From Candidatus Woesearchaeota archaeon (lineage in GTDB: Archaea; Nanobdellota; Nanobdellia; Woesearchaeales; SM23-78), in contig JAFGRK010000032.1 of assembly GCA_016935175.1 (NCBI GenBank), forward strand, positions 1,719 through 65,718: 64,000 nucleotides of DNA. Reading direction: 5' to 3'. The position numbers and the translations under genes were made by a program. The first letter of the stretch is position 1; every line of letters starts with the position of its first letter. The notes beneath the pieces are model-generated. The model ran no database searches. It worked only from the letters and a program-made list of their open reading frames with translations, and was not told the origin of the DNA. Positions 20,225 through 29,918 of the stretch are shown one piece after another.

Positions 20225-20974
20225 TTAGTAGAATCCTACGACATAATAGCCGCCTGACAAGGGCTCTGAAATCCTTGCATAATAGGCAGGCTCATCTGAG
20301 TAAACATCTCTTGCATAGGCTCCGTAGCTATTGTAGCTGCCGTAGCCGTAGCCATAGTTAGAGTAGCTTGGATAACCATAGCTTCCGAATGAGCTGTAGC
20401 TAGTGTATCCATAATCGTTATATCCATATCCATAATTGTTATATCCATAGTTGCTTCCATAGCTGCTATAGTAATTGTTGTAATGGTTATTGTTGTAATA
20501 GTTGTAACTAGGATAATTGTAAGTCAAGACTCCATATGACTGGTATGCTTGAGGATGGTCAAAGTATGTCCCTCCAAGGTTGTTGTCCACGTAGCCTGTG
20601 TATCTTCCACCCTCATAGTCAGCATAGTACTTGACTGCTGATGGCTGGTACAGGCTTGAGGTGTAGCCTCTCGTGTCTGTGTAATAGGCTTCTCCTTGGA
20701 GTGGAGGGTTGTATTTTGCCTGGAGCACTTGCGGAGAGACATAGTAGTAGCTTGCTGGCCTAAAGCCAAAGCTCTTCACCAGGTTAGGCTCATAGATGTA
20801 TTGCTCATAGCCTTCGAGGTCATTTATCTTGATGTAGTCTTCCCTGTATTCCAGGTACCTGTCCCATTCTTCCTGCCTTGCCGCAGTCACATTGAATATT
20901 ATTGCGCTGGCTAGCTGGGATAGGCTCAAGGCTAGAACCGTGCATAATATTGCTAGGATTATCCTCTTATTCAT
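20225..20974 (-). CDS. Secreted Tyr/Gly/Asn-rich low-complexity protein
   Basis: MNKRIILAILCTVLALSLSQLASA signal from ATG 20974; YGYNNYGYGYNDYGY-type tract. Confidence 0.75.
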   Translation of the reverse strand: MNKRIILAILCTVLALSLSQLASAIIFNVTAARQEEWDRYLEYREDYIKINDLEGYEQYIYEPNLVKSFGFRPASYYYVSPQVLQAKYNPPLQGEAYYTDTRGYTSSLYQPSAVKYYADYEGGRYTGYVDNNLGGTYFDHPQAYQSYGVLTYNYPSYNYYNNNHYNNYYSSYGSNYGYNNYGYGYNDYGYTSYSSFGSYGYPSYSNYGYGYGSYNSYGAYARDVYSDEPAYYARISEPLSGGYYVVGFY

Positions 20975-21138
20975 TGAAATCCCCCTGATTCCCAGTATAA
21001 TGTGCTTTGCCATTTAAATAGTTTTCGCTTTTTAACCACTAAATAGTAGTTATAAAACTTTAGAGTGTGCATGAATAGCACTATAATCAGGAATAATGAA
21101 AAAAAGCAAGAAAGAACAAGGAAAAAGCAAGAAAAAGA

Positions 21139-22083
21139 TTACTTGTTCACATTGAAAACATTGCTCAAGTCAATCTTGGACTCAGGCATCTTCTCGCGCT
21201 CCTTCTTGCGCTCCTCCTCAGACTTCTCCAACTGCTCTTTAGTATTGAGCTCTTTCACAGAGAAATCAGGGTCGCCCTCGCTGACTTCTTCATCATCACA
21301 AGGCTCATCAGCGCTTTCTGATTTAGCAGGCTCTTGCTCAGGCTCAGCTTGCTGCTCAGGCTCATCAGCAGGAACAGGCTCTTCAGAAGCTTCAGCCTCA
21401 GCAGGCTCCTCAAGCTCAGCTTCCTGCTGCTCAGGCTCCTCAACAAGAGCAATCTCCTCAGGCTCTGCTGCTTCCTCCACTACTGGTTCTTCTGTTGTTT
21501 GCGACTCTGCCGAAAACTCAGAAGCATCAGCTTCTGTCGGTTGAGGCTCTTCATCCGCTGGCTCTTCATTGACATCCTCAATAGGCTCAGTCTCCAAAGT
21601 CTCAGGAATAGGGACTTCAACTGGCTCCTCAAGCTCAGCTTCCTGCTGCTCAGGCTCCTCCGCAGGAGCACTCTCCTCAACAAGCTCAGCCTCGCTAACC
21701 TCTTCCTTGATCTCAACAGCATCATCCTCATCAACAGGCTCACCAGCAAGCTCAGGCTCATCAGGGATGAGCTCCTTCAAAGGCTTGTTGACATCAATCC
21801 CCTCTAAATTAATTCTCACATCACCCCTGCCCCTTGCAATGTTAGCAGTTAGCTGCTCAACCTGCTTGTGAGCAAGCTCGACCTCAGCATCCTTCTTCCG
21901 ATCACCAAGCATCTGCCTCTCCTTCTCAGAGAAGTCATCAGCAACCTTCTTGCCAGTCTCAAGCATGTCAGCAGCCATCCTCCTAGCCTCAAAATCCGAG
22001 GAGGCCAGCTTGTTCTTGCGAAGCGTAGCAGCCAGCTTCTCAATCTCACCATCACGCTTAGACTTAATGTTAAAATCCGCCAT
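21139..22083 (-). CDS. Acidic (E/P/A-rich) disordered-linker protein
   Basis: Folded-looking N-terminus, long acidic linker containing an exact 38-bp repeat (21404-21441 and 21623-21660, EEPEQQEAELEEP), C-terminal KIDLSNVFN. Confidence 0.8.
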   Translation of the reverse strand: MADFNIKSKRDGEIEKLAATLRKNKLASSDFEARRMAADMLETGKKVADDFSEKERQMLGDRKKDAEVELAHKQVEQLTANIARGRGDVRINLEGIDVNKPLKELIPDEPELAGEPVDEDDAVEIKEEVSEAELVEESAPAEEPEQQEAELEEPVEVPIPETLETEPIEDVNEEPADEEPQPTEADASEFSAESQTTEEPVVEEAAEPEEIALVEEPEQQEAELEEPAEAEASEEPVPADEPEQQAEPEQEPAKSESADEPCDDEEVSEGDPDFSVKELNTKEQLEKSEEERKKEREKMPESKIDLSNVFNVNK

Positions 22084-22181
22084 TCATACCACCCTTTATT
22101 GTTTTAAACAAGAGTTATAGCTATTATCCCGAACTAAGTATATATAAAATTTTTGGATTAAAGCCCATATGATGGAAAAAG

Positions 22182-22285
22182 TGGGGTTGCGAAGATTTGA
22201 ACTCCGATTACGTGGCCCCGAACCACGGGTGATAATTGCTCCAGCAGCCCAAAAGGGCTCACTGACCAAGTTACACTACAACCCC
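22182..22285 (-). tRNA. tRNA-Pro(CGG) with a 30-nt non-canonical D-loop intron (about 22236-22265)
   Basis: Acceptor stem GGGGTTG/CAACCCC-A, anticodon arm CGTGG-TTCGGGG-CCACG, T arm CGGAG-TTCAAAT-CTTCG. Removing the intron gives 74 nt. Confidence 0.9.
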
Positions 22286-22385
22286 GATGGACTAATGAAG
22301 CTTATGAATGTTTAAAAGTGTTTTGTTTCACGATATGAAAGAAAATTACATAAAAGCAAAAAATATATGAATTCCAAAATTCATC

Positions 22386-24371
22386 GTGTATAACGTAAAA
22401 ATTTGGTGGAGTTTAATGTATTACAAATCAATAAGCTCATACTTTGCGTTATTCATAATAATAATCTTTCTTACAAGCTGCACAATTAACGATTACGATA
22501 AAAAAACTACGGCAACAGATCAATCTGGAAGCGATGATTGTTTAAAGCTTACCCGAGCTTTAGAAAGCGATTTTAAAAATAACGGAGATGGTTTTGCTTC
22601 ATTAGCAAAACTTCAAAATATTAATCGTAGCTATGTAATTTTATCTGAAACACGTAAAAATGAAACAGTAGGAGGTATAATAAGAGGAATTCACATATTT
22701 AACCAAAATATAGAAGGAGTGGACGGGAGATATGCAGAAGAAGAGACTATCACTCGTTGCCTTGTTGAATTCGATCTTGGGAAAAAATCAGCGCTTATTC
22801 TTTATGATGATGGAGATATTGATATCGATGTAAGCGAGCTCAGCCATAAATATAAAGTTGGAACTTTCTATACTTTCAATATGTTTGATCACTTCGCAGA
22901 TGATGGTCATAGTTGGAAAGGACCTTCTTTAAATGAATATGCTAAGTGCAATAATGATAAAAAGCTCAAGGAATATTTAGATGAGCGTCGTTTGCCAACC
23001 AAAAAAGATTGCACTTCAGATGCTGATTGCGGATTATATAATAATACGTATTTTGGGATTGTTACTGCTTGTCATAAAGAGGATTGGGACTGCATTGAGA
23101 AAGCAGAACAAAATAATAGAGGCTCCTATGGCCATGGTCCCGGCCCTGCTCCAAGAGAAAGCTTTTATGTCATTTGTCAAGGAGGAGAATGCATAAAAGA
23201 AATGAATTGTAGCGTATGTAACTCTGAAATTACCAGAAAGAATTGCGCTGAAGTCCAGTACGTTACTGGCGGTTCCTGGCAATGCGCACGTATTGGTAGC
23301 TGCGGCTGCAAGATTGGCTGTTCTAATGAATCTGATGGTGTTTGTCCTCATCTTCTGTGCGAGGATTATGTAGATGACACTGACAGAGAAATTCCTTATT
23401 CCATTTGCTGCTATCATAAAGAATACTTTGATGCTGACTGCTGCCAAGCAGCAGGAAAATACTGGATTAAAACTAACCAGGGATACGTTTGTTCTGACAA
23501 GGACTATAACCCTGGCTGTAATCCAGGGCAAGAATGTAGCGCAACCTCTGATGGATGCTGCCCCAATTGGTGTATTATAGGCACAGATGCAGATTGTTGC
23601 AAACAAGCAGGAAAATACTGGCTGACCAACTCCTGGGGAGGGAGCGCGTGCTACAATGCTGATTACAACCGCGGGTGCTCACCAAGTAATGATTGTGAAA
23701 CAAAAGGAGACGGATGCTGCCCAAACTGGTGCTCTGCAGGCTCAGATATAGACTGCTGCAAGCAGGAAGGTAAATATTGGCTAACAGAGCTTTCAGGGTC
23801 AGAAGGGTGCTATGACTCTCATTACAGTAAAGGATGCTCGCCAGAAAGCGAATGTGAGATTTTCGGGGATGGATGCTGCCCAAACTGGTGCTCTGCAGGC
23901 TCAGATGCAGACTGCTGCAAACAAGCAGGAAAATACTGGCTGACCACCTCATGGGGAAGTTATATTTGCTCTAATCAGTCGAACTACAACTCTAGCTGTT
24001 TGGCAAACAGTGATTGTGAAATCGTTGGGGATGGTTGTTGCCCAAGTTGGTGCGCCTTGGCCATAGATATCGATTGCTGCCAACAAGCAGGCGGAAACTG
24101 GCAAGAAGCAGAATATGGTTTCTCATGCTTTTTAAAAAACCAGGAAAACAGAACAGCCCAAACCAAAACATGCAAGTTATCCTTACCTGACGGTGAATGT
24201 CCTAGCTGGTGCCAGTATTATGAAGATGCAGACTGCTGCAATGAGGTAGGAGGTTATATTATCCCAGGAAACTATGAATTTGGCCCTGCGTGCGCAATAG
24301 ACTGCCCAAAAGTAGATTGTGACGATTCACTCAATCACGGTTTCATACACTCGGTTATCTCATCAAAATAA
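22386..24371 (+). CDS. Cysteine-rich repeat surface lipoprotein
   Basis: Lipobox FLTSC (likely start ATG 22416); tandem 53-54 aa repeats of the form DGCCPxWC..xxDxDCCxQAGKYW. Confidence 0.85.
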   Translation: MYNVKIWWSLMYYKSISSYFALFIIIIFLTSCTINDYDKKTTATDQSGSDDCLKLTRALESDFKNNGDGFASLAKLQNINRSYVILSETRKNETVGGIIRGIHIFNQNIEGVDGRYAEEETITRCLVEFDLGKKSALILYDDGDIDIDVSELSHKYKVGTFYTFNMFDHFADDGHSWKGPSLNEYAKCNNDKKLKEYLDERRLPTKKDCTSDADCGLYNNTYFGIVTACHKEDWDCIEKAEQNNRGSYGHGPGPAPRESFYVICQGGECIKEMNCSVCNSEITRKNCAEVQYVTGGSWQCARIGSCGCKIGCSNESDGVCPHLLCEDYVDDTDREIPYSICCYHKEYFDADCCQAAGKYWIKTNQGYVCSDKDYNPGCNPGQECSATSDGCCPNWCIIGTDADCCKQAGKYWLTNSWGGSACYNADYNRGCSPSNDCETKGDGCCPNWCSAGSDIDCCKQEGKYWLTELSGSEGCYDSHYSKGCSPESECEIFGDGCCPNWCSAGSDADCCKQAGKYWLTTSWGSYICSNQSNYNSSCLANSDCEIVGDGCCPSWCALAIDIDCCQQAGGNWQEAEYGFSCFLKNQENRTAQTKTCKLSLPDGECPSWCQYYEDADCCNEVGGYIIPGNYEFGPACAIDCPKVDCDDSLNHGFIHSVISSK

Positions 24372-24666
24372 TATTCATGGACTCTGCGGGACTTTCATCA
24401 GATTTTCAGATAGCAAAAAAAGGGGACTGAGCAAAGCTTTGCTTTGCGAATGTCTCCTAGTTTTTACCAGATTCAAAAAAAGCTTTGCTTTTGATGCTCA
24501 AAAACTTTTGTTTTTGATGTTTCCTAAAAATCTGTTTTGAACCCGCGGCCCCCACATTGCGAATGTGGTGCTCTTTCCCGCAACAAGGGAAACTCAAAAA
24601 GGTTTCCTTTTTGCTGTACCAGGCTGAGCTAAGAGCCCATAAGAACACGGGTTATAATCAGCTCTT

Positions 24667-25173
24667 TTAAATCTTTTTATGCGCAAAGAAGATTATGTCC
24701 TTGTCCTCCTCGATTATCTCGTCAATGCCAAACAGCTCCTTGATAAGGGATTGAATCTCCTGCAGCTTAGAGCTCCTCTTGAGGATGCTGAACACAAACC
24801 TGCTCCTGCCCACCCGCTCCATCTCCTCCATGCCCTTCCTTATGTCATTGAAGTTATGGATGGCTGTGAGGCTTATCACAAAGTCAAATGTGTTGTTCTC
24901 AAATGGCAGCTCCTCGGCGCAGCCGCACATAAGCTTGTGCTTGCCCTTGTACTGCTTGACTAGCTTCTCAGAAAGGTCAATGCCAGTCACCTGGCACTTG
25001 AAAAGCTTGAGGTAAGAGCCATTGCCACAGCCAACATCAAGAAGAGTCAGGTTCTTGGACTGCTGTGTTGCCTTGCAGAGCTCTAGCTTGCCAGCAATGA
25101 TAGCTGCTTTCTTTTGCTGCTCCTCCCCGTGAAGCCTGGAGTACCCTTTTGAGATGGCGTTGTAGTAGTTCAT
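24667..25173 (-). CDS. Class I SAM-dependent methyltransferase
   Basis: LLDVGCGNG, GIDLS and AEELPFENNTFDFVIS. Confidence 0.9.
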   Translation of the reverse strand: MNYYNAISKGYSRLHGEEQQKKAAIIAGKLELCKATQQSKNLTLLDVGCGNGSYLKLFKCQVTGIDLSEKLVKQYKGKHKLMCGCAEELPFENNTFDFVISLTAIHNFNDIRKGMEEMERVGRSRFVFSILKRSSKLQEIQSLIKELFGIDEIIEEDKDIIFFAHKKI

Positions 25174-25206
25174 CTTGATCCAACACCGCGATTATATGTG
25201 ATTAAT

Positions 25207-26796
25207 TTAGTGTATGAGCATTGAAAACAAGAGCCAGAAAAGTAGTGAAAGTATCAAAAAGAGCACTCCTGACACAAGGTTGAAATTGAGGCCTTTCTTG
25301 TGCTTGAAATGCCCCCATGATACTAGCAGGATAATCACCATTATCGGCGTAATTAAGTATAGGAACATGAATGACATGAATATAGGCATGTACAGCCTAG
25401 CTAAATCTAGGATGATTGATAATGGCAAAAGTATTAATGATATGATTATGAAGCACAGGGGGACAGCAAGCCAAAGCCTCTGCCTTGTTGTGAGATTAAC
25501 GCTCTGGAAAACAGCCTCTTTCTTGTCAGTGAAATTCCTTTCAACTGCCATGAGGTATGATGCAACCCAGAATCCTATTATGGTCAAGAAGTTGAACAAT
25601 CCAAATATAGTGAACTTAACCAGCTCAGGCCTTTCTCCCCTGAACACAATTGCTCCTGCTATGAGGCTTGAAAGGCAGGAGATGATTATGAATATGAGCA
25701 GCCCCCATTTGAACGTGTGATTGATCATGCTCTTATAAAAAAGTGTTTTGGCTGGCGCCTCATTCTTCATCCACAAGTCCTGCACAAAGTGCTTTGAAGC
25801 AGTGTTTATCTTGACCTTGGTATAATCCAATTCCTTGATTTGGTTAAGGTCATAGCCAGAGAAGAACTCCTTTAGCTTGGTGTCAGGCTGGTAGCTCTTT
25901 TCAGAGAAGTATCTTATTTCTGTGTCTTTCTCAATCTCATCATAAAGCTCTGGCTGAACATGGCCAAGCACATAGATTACTGCTGGGACTACACCTTCGC
26001 CATAAACCGATGTTGGCCTGAGGGGATAATATATCTTGTCAGTCGGGAAGCTTATGAAAACCCCTAAGATCCCCGGCCTCTCATAACCTAACCTATAATA
26101 TGAAGGGTAAGGCCCGTATACTCCTCGGTTAAGCTGCGTGTTGCGAAACTCAAACATATCTGAGACCCAGCTAATCACAAATGAATAATCCTTGCCGATG
26201 TACTCATCGAGCACATCCATGAATTGAGGGGGAAGGACTACATCCTTCTGTGAAAGGTAAGCTGAGAGCGCATCAGCGCTCTTGGTAGAGACAAGCTCTG
26301 TTGTCAAGCCCATCTTCTCGATGCTCTCATAGACAGTAACTTGCCCTGCTGCTGTGTCAATTAACTTTGTGCCTGCCATGAACATGGACCCGGCGCGCAT
26401 GAATACAAGCATAAAAGGAGCAGGATACATCTGAGTTGCAAGAATGCCCATGAAGACTCCATTCATAGAGTCATCTGCCTTTTCTACAACATCATAGCCA
26501 TTAAGGTAAGGGAAATCCTGCAAGATGTCAATCTTTGCTAGCTCTGGATTTGCTGGCACTGGAAAAAACCAAGCCATGCTCTCTGCAGAAGCCTCAGGAG
26601 AAGCATCCACTGTGAGTATCATCCTTTGGTAGCCATCCTTGAAATTGATTGCACAGTACTGCTGCTCCTCGCTAAGCATGCGCCACATGTCAACGTCACT
26701 AGGGCGAAAAATCATCCCCCCGTCAGCCATCACAGAGTTAGCCAATACTGCAGTAATCAGTATGAGAATAATCAATCCAAAGGTTTTCTTCATCAA
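25207..26796 (-). CDS. DUF2330-like extracellular domain with C-terminal transmembrane segments
   Basis: Signal peptide, MAWFFPVPANP motif and about five C-terminal transmembrane helices. Confidence 0.6.
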   Translation of the reverse strand: MMKKTFGLIILILITAVLANSVMADGGMIFRPSDVDMWRMLSEEQQYCAINFKDGYQRMILTVDASPEASAESMAWFFPVPANPELAKIDILQDFPYLNGYDVVEKADDSMNGVFMGILATQMYPAPFMLVFMRAGSMFMAGTKLIDTAAGQVTVYESIEKMGLTTELVSTKSADALSAYLSQKDVVLPPQFMDVLDEYIGKDYSFVISWVSDMFEFRNTQLNRGVYGPYPSYYRLGYERPGILGVFISFPTDKIYYPLRPTSVYGEGVVPAVIYVLGHVQPELYDEIEKDTEIRYFSEKSYQPDTKLKEFFSGYDLNQIKELDYTKVKINTASKHFVQDLWMKNEAPAKTLFYKSMINHTFKWGLLIFIIISCLSSLIAGAIVFRGERPELVKFTIFGLFNFLTIIGFWVASYLMAVERNFTDKKEAVFQSVNLTTRQRLWLAVPLCFIIISLILLPLSIILDLARLYMPIFMSFMFLYLITPIMVIILLVSWGHFKHKKGLNFNLVSGVLFLILSLLFWLLFSMLIH

Positions 26797-26891
26797 GATA
26801 ACCCTTTAACTCTATTGTTTTTAAATATTGCGTATATTTCAACAGGCAAATGAATAATTATATTAACCATAAAAGCATCCTTTAAGGTGCG

Positions 26892-27326
26892 ATGGCTGTT
26901 AGGAAAAAAAGCAATTGGGTGGAAAGGCTGTTTGAGCTTGACAAGTTTGTTTTTGAAAAGGTAATCATTGAGCAAGAAGTGATTGATGCCATTGTCGAGC
27001 TTGCAGAGCAGACATACCCTAAGGAGTTCATAGCTTTTCTTGAGGGCAAGGTAAAGAATAAGGTGCTCAGGATTTACAGACTGAATTATCAAGAATACAT
27101 TGCCAACCCTAGCTACACAGTGTACAAGATGGACTTCCCGATAACCAGTGACATTGTAGGCACAGTTCACAGCCACCCAGGCCCAAGCAACAGGCCCAGC
27201 AAGGCAGACCTGCAGTCATTCTCAAAGAAAGGGATAGTACACCTAATAATAAGCATGCCTTACTCTAGCAGCACCATACAAGCATATGATATGAATGGCA
27301 ACATGATAGATTACGAAGTTGCTTGA
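26892..27326 (+). CDS. JAB/MPN+ (JAMM) metalloprotease
   Basis: YPKEF and HSHPGPSNRPSKADL, forming the JAMM motif. Confidence 0.92.
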   Translation: MAVRKKSNWVERLFELDKFVFEKVIIEQEVIDAIVELAEQTYPKEFIAFLEGKVKNKVLRIYRLNYQEYIANPSYTVYKMDFPITSDIVGTVHSHPGPSNRPSKADLQSFSKKGIVHLIISMPYSSSTIQAYDMNGNMIDYEVA

Positions 27327-28664
27327 CTATTTGGCTGTAGGGTCCATTACTCTCCCTATGAACAGGATGTTGCCTGTCTCCCTTTGCTGTATGATGAAGA
27401 TGAACGGGTGGTCTGCTCGGAATTGGTTAAATGGACCGGCTGATGTTTCTCCCATAATAATTACTGTTGCCGCAGCAGCTTCTGTGCCTTCTTCGTTCAC
27501 ATCAACAAACGCCTGGTGGAATACATCAGTGATAACAAGTTTTCTTGAGCCATCCATACCAGAGAAATCTGCATTGGTAAAGGCCGAAGGCATTCCCATC
27601 TCCTTAAACGTATCTACCATGGAATACTTGGTCTCAAACGTGAATTTAGGCATATAGACGTCAATCTGCCTCTCGCTAAGCAAGCCTCTCCATTGGCTTA
27701 GCTTATCTGCTGTGAGAATAGACTCAATTGAGCTCAAGTCATAATCAGGCTCTTTTGGCAGCAAGACTAGCATTGACAATTCTTCTCCTTTGTAAAGCAT
27801 CTCCAATATCTGGAGCTCATCAGCCTCAGCATAGCTGAACTTTGCCTCCTTATCATCCCTGACCATCATCTTCACAGTGACTGTCTTGTCAGGGCTTACT
27901 CTGAATTGGGCATCGCGAGTGTCCTTTTTCTCAAACTCCTTCACCCATGTGCCTTTGAAATAAATAGCATTTGATAATACCAAGCGGGTCAAGTAAGTTA
28001 TCGCGCCTTCAGGTATGATATCCTTTATCTTGTCTTGCGTCTGCTCCTCAACCCAGTCATTTATTATTACTCTTGATTTCTCAGTCTCCAAAACAAAATC
28101 AAGGTTAGTGGCTTTTCCTCCATAATACTTTTCTACCGTGCCTAAGTATTCTGGTAAGAAAGAATAGTCTTTATGAGTCCACAAAGAATTGGCAGTGCTT
28201 AGCTGGTAATCCTTGCTGCCAGAGTTCAAATTATTGTAGATCCTGGCAAAAGCCGACCTCCTAGTTAGATCATCTGCTGGGAAGTGGAACACTTGCTGCA
28301 TCTCCTCTGCAGTCTGTCCTCTTGCGCCTTCATACGTCATGGCAAAGGCTGTTGAGATGCTATAGGGAGAGAAGAAGAGGTTCTTGCCAGCATTCTCAGT
28401 TTCTGAATTCAGTTTTGAGTAAAGCTCAAGAGCGAACTGGTTATTAGCATTGATAACACTCTTAACCCCTTCTATCGTTGCTTCGCTATCATCAAGCACA
28501 GACAGCGGTGCCCAAGGGGGGTTTGGCCCTGTTGTAGAATGAGGTCCAAATAAAAACCAAAATAATATTCTGCGAGTAGGGGAAAACAAGAAAAATATTA
28601 TTAACAACATGATTAAGACTATTAACGATATGATTATTGTCATTAATAATCTTTTTTTATCCAT
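27327..28664 (-). CDS. Membrane-anchored serpin
   Basis: NLFFSPYSIS, NAIYFKGTW, hinge EEGTEAAAAT and FRADHPFIFII; N-terminal transmembrane helix. Start ATG 28664 is preferred. Confidence 0.95.
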   Translation of the reverse strand: MDKKRLLMTIIISLIVLIMLLIIFFLFSPTRRILFWFLFGPHSTTGPNPPWAPLSVLDDSEATIEGVKSVINANNQFALELYSKLNSETENAGKNLFFSPYSISTAFAMTYEGARGQTAEEMQQVFHFPADDLTRRSAFARIYNNLNSGSKDYQLSTANSLWTHKDYSFLPEYLGTVEKYYGGKATNLDFVLETEKSRVIINDWVEEQTQDKIKDIIPEGAITYLTRLVLSNAIYFKGTWVKEFEKKDTRDAQFRVSPDKTVTVKMMVRDDKEAKFSYAEADELQILEMLYKGEELSMLVLLPKEPDYDLSSIESILTADKLSQWRGLLSERQIDVYMPKFTFETKYSMVDTFKEMGMPSAFTNADFSGMDGSRKLVITDVFHQAFVDVNEEGTEAAAATVIIMGETSAGPFNQFRADHPFIFIIQQRETGNILFIGRVMDPTAK

Positions 28665-28727
28665 AAAGGTGAAATGATATAGCACCTATAAAAATGTTCT
28701 CATAAATTCAAGCTTGTTAGAAGCTAA

Positions 28728-29843
28728 TCAGGCAAAAGCCATCAATCGTATTTGTTTTTCTCCGCTCACCTTGATAAACGGACTAGCCCTCTTCATCACC
28801 ACTCCGCACTGCCTCAAGGTTTCAGCCTTGACTGCCTTGCTCTCCCGCATCTGGATTATCTTCTCAGCAGTCTTGAGGCCTATTCCTGGAACTCTTATTA
28901 GCTCTTCAAAGCTTGCATCAGAAACATTCAATGGCTCTGTGAAAGTATTCTCAGCTATGGCAAGCTTAGGATCCTTGTTGGGCAGCATCTCCTCATTCAT
29001 CACTTCCCTTACAAGGTGAAAGTCATACTTGTAAACCCTTAGCAGCCAGTCAGTGTTGTAAAGCCTGTTAGCCCTTGACTGGGGCTGCTTCTCGTGGTTC
29101 TCAAGAGGAGTGCCTTTCACAGGAGAAAAAGCAGAATAATAGCATCTCCTGAGGTTCATGTTGTCGTATTCCCATTTGCTCATCCTAAGGATTTCAAGGT
29201 CACTCTCTCCATTGGCGCCGACAATTATCTGGGTTGTCTGGCCTGAAGGAGGGCTTAGCTTCTTAATCCAGCTCTGGCGTTTAAGGATATCGCTTTGCAG
29301 CTCTTTCACACTTGACAATTCACTTAATCTTGCCTTGCTGGGCGCTTCAACATTGATGCTCAATCGCGATGCCAGCGCCGAGGCTTCTTTTACCAACTCA
29401 TAGCTCATGCCTGGAAGCACCTTGAAGTGGATGTAGCCTTTGAACTTATACTTATGCCTGACAAGCCTGACAGTGCGTAACATCTTTTCTGCTGCAGCAT
29501 CTGGCTCTCCAGCAATCCCGCTGCTAAGAAAAAGCCCTGTGACAATTCTTTTCTTGACAAGCACATTGAATAATCCTGATAATTCTTCAGGCTCAAAGCT
29601 AGCGATTTTCTTCTGGCAGCTACCACCAGCCCTGTTAGCGCAGTACTTGCAATCATGCTTGCAAGCATTGGTCTGGAGAGTTTTGAGAAGCGAGCAGAAA
29701 TGCCCTGCCTCAGTCTTGGTCTTGATGATGCCAGGTAGGTTGTTGAGCCCTTCAGTTATCTCAGGAGGCTTGCAGATCTCACCGCCGCAGACATCATACT
29801 TGCCAGCATCACCTAAAACTCGAGCCTTGTCAAGGGTGTTCAT
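28728..29843 (-). CDS. Putative DNA modification/repair radical SAM protein with HhH (TIGR03916-like)
   Basis: CSLLKTLQTNACKHDCKYC, GLFLSSG, RLYNTDWLLRVY and LIRVPGIG. Start ATG 29843. Confidence 0.9.
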   Translation of the reverse strand: MNTLDKARVLGDAGKYDVCGGEICKPPEITEGLNNLPGIIKTKTEAGHFCSLLKTLQTNACKHDCKYCANRAGGSCQKKIASFEPEELSGLFNVLVKKRIVTGLFLSSGIAGEPDAAAEKMLRTVRLVRHKYKFKGYIHFKVLPGMSYELVKEASALASRLSINVEAPSKARLSELSSVKELQSDILKRQSWIKKLSPPSGQTTQIIVGANGESDLEILRMSKWEYDNMNLRRCYYSAFSPVKGTPLENHEKQPQSRANRLYNTDWLLRVYKYDFHLVREVMNEEMLPNKDPKLAIAENTFTEPLNVSDASFEELIRVPGIGLKTAEKIIQMRESKAVKAETLRQCGVVMKRASPFIKVSGEKQIRLMAFA

Positions 29844-29918
29844 GCAAGCCAAACGGGGTTCATGGTTTAAATAGGCTACGGGTGACTGTCCAGTGTGTCT
29901 AGTGCTTATTTTATTAAG

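Noticed and set aside
23553-24080. Regularly spaced DNA repeats resembling a CRISPR array
   Set aside because: The period is 159-162 bp, in frame, within a protein-coding repeat; there are no unique spacers or cas genes.
11173-27326. Ubiquitin-like system from proteasome beta plus JAB (and the HERC2-like domain)
   Set aside because: The genes are far apart, psmB and JAB are routine in archaea, and no ubiquitin/SAMP, E1, E2 or RING gene was recognised.
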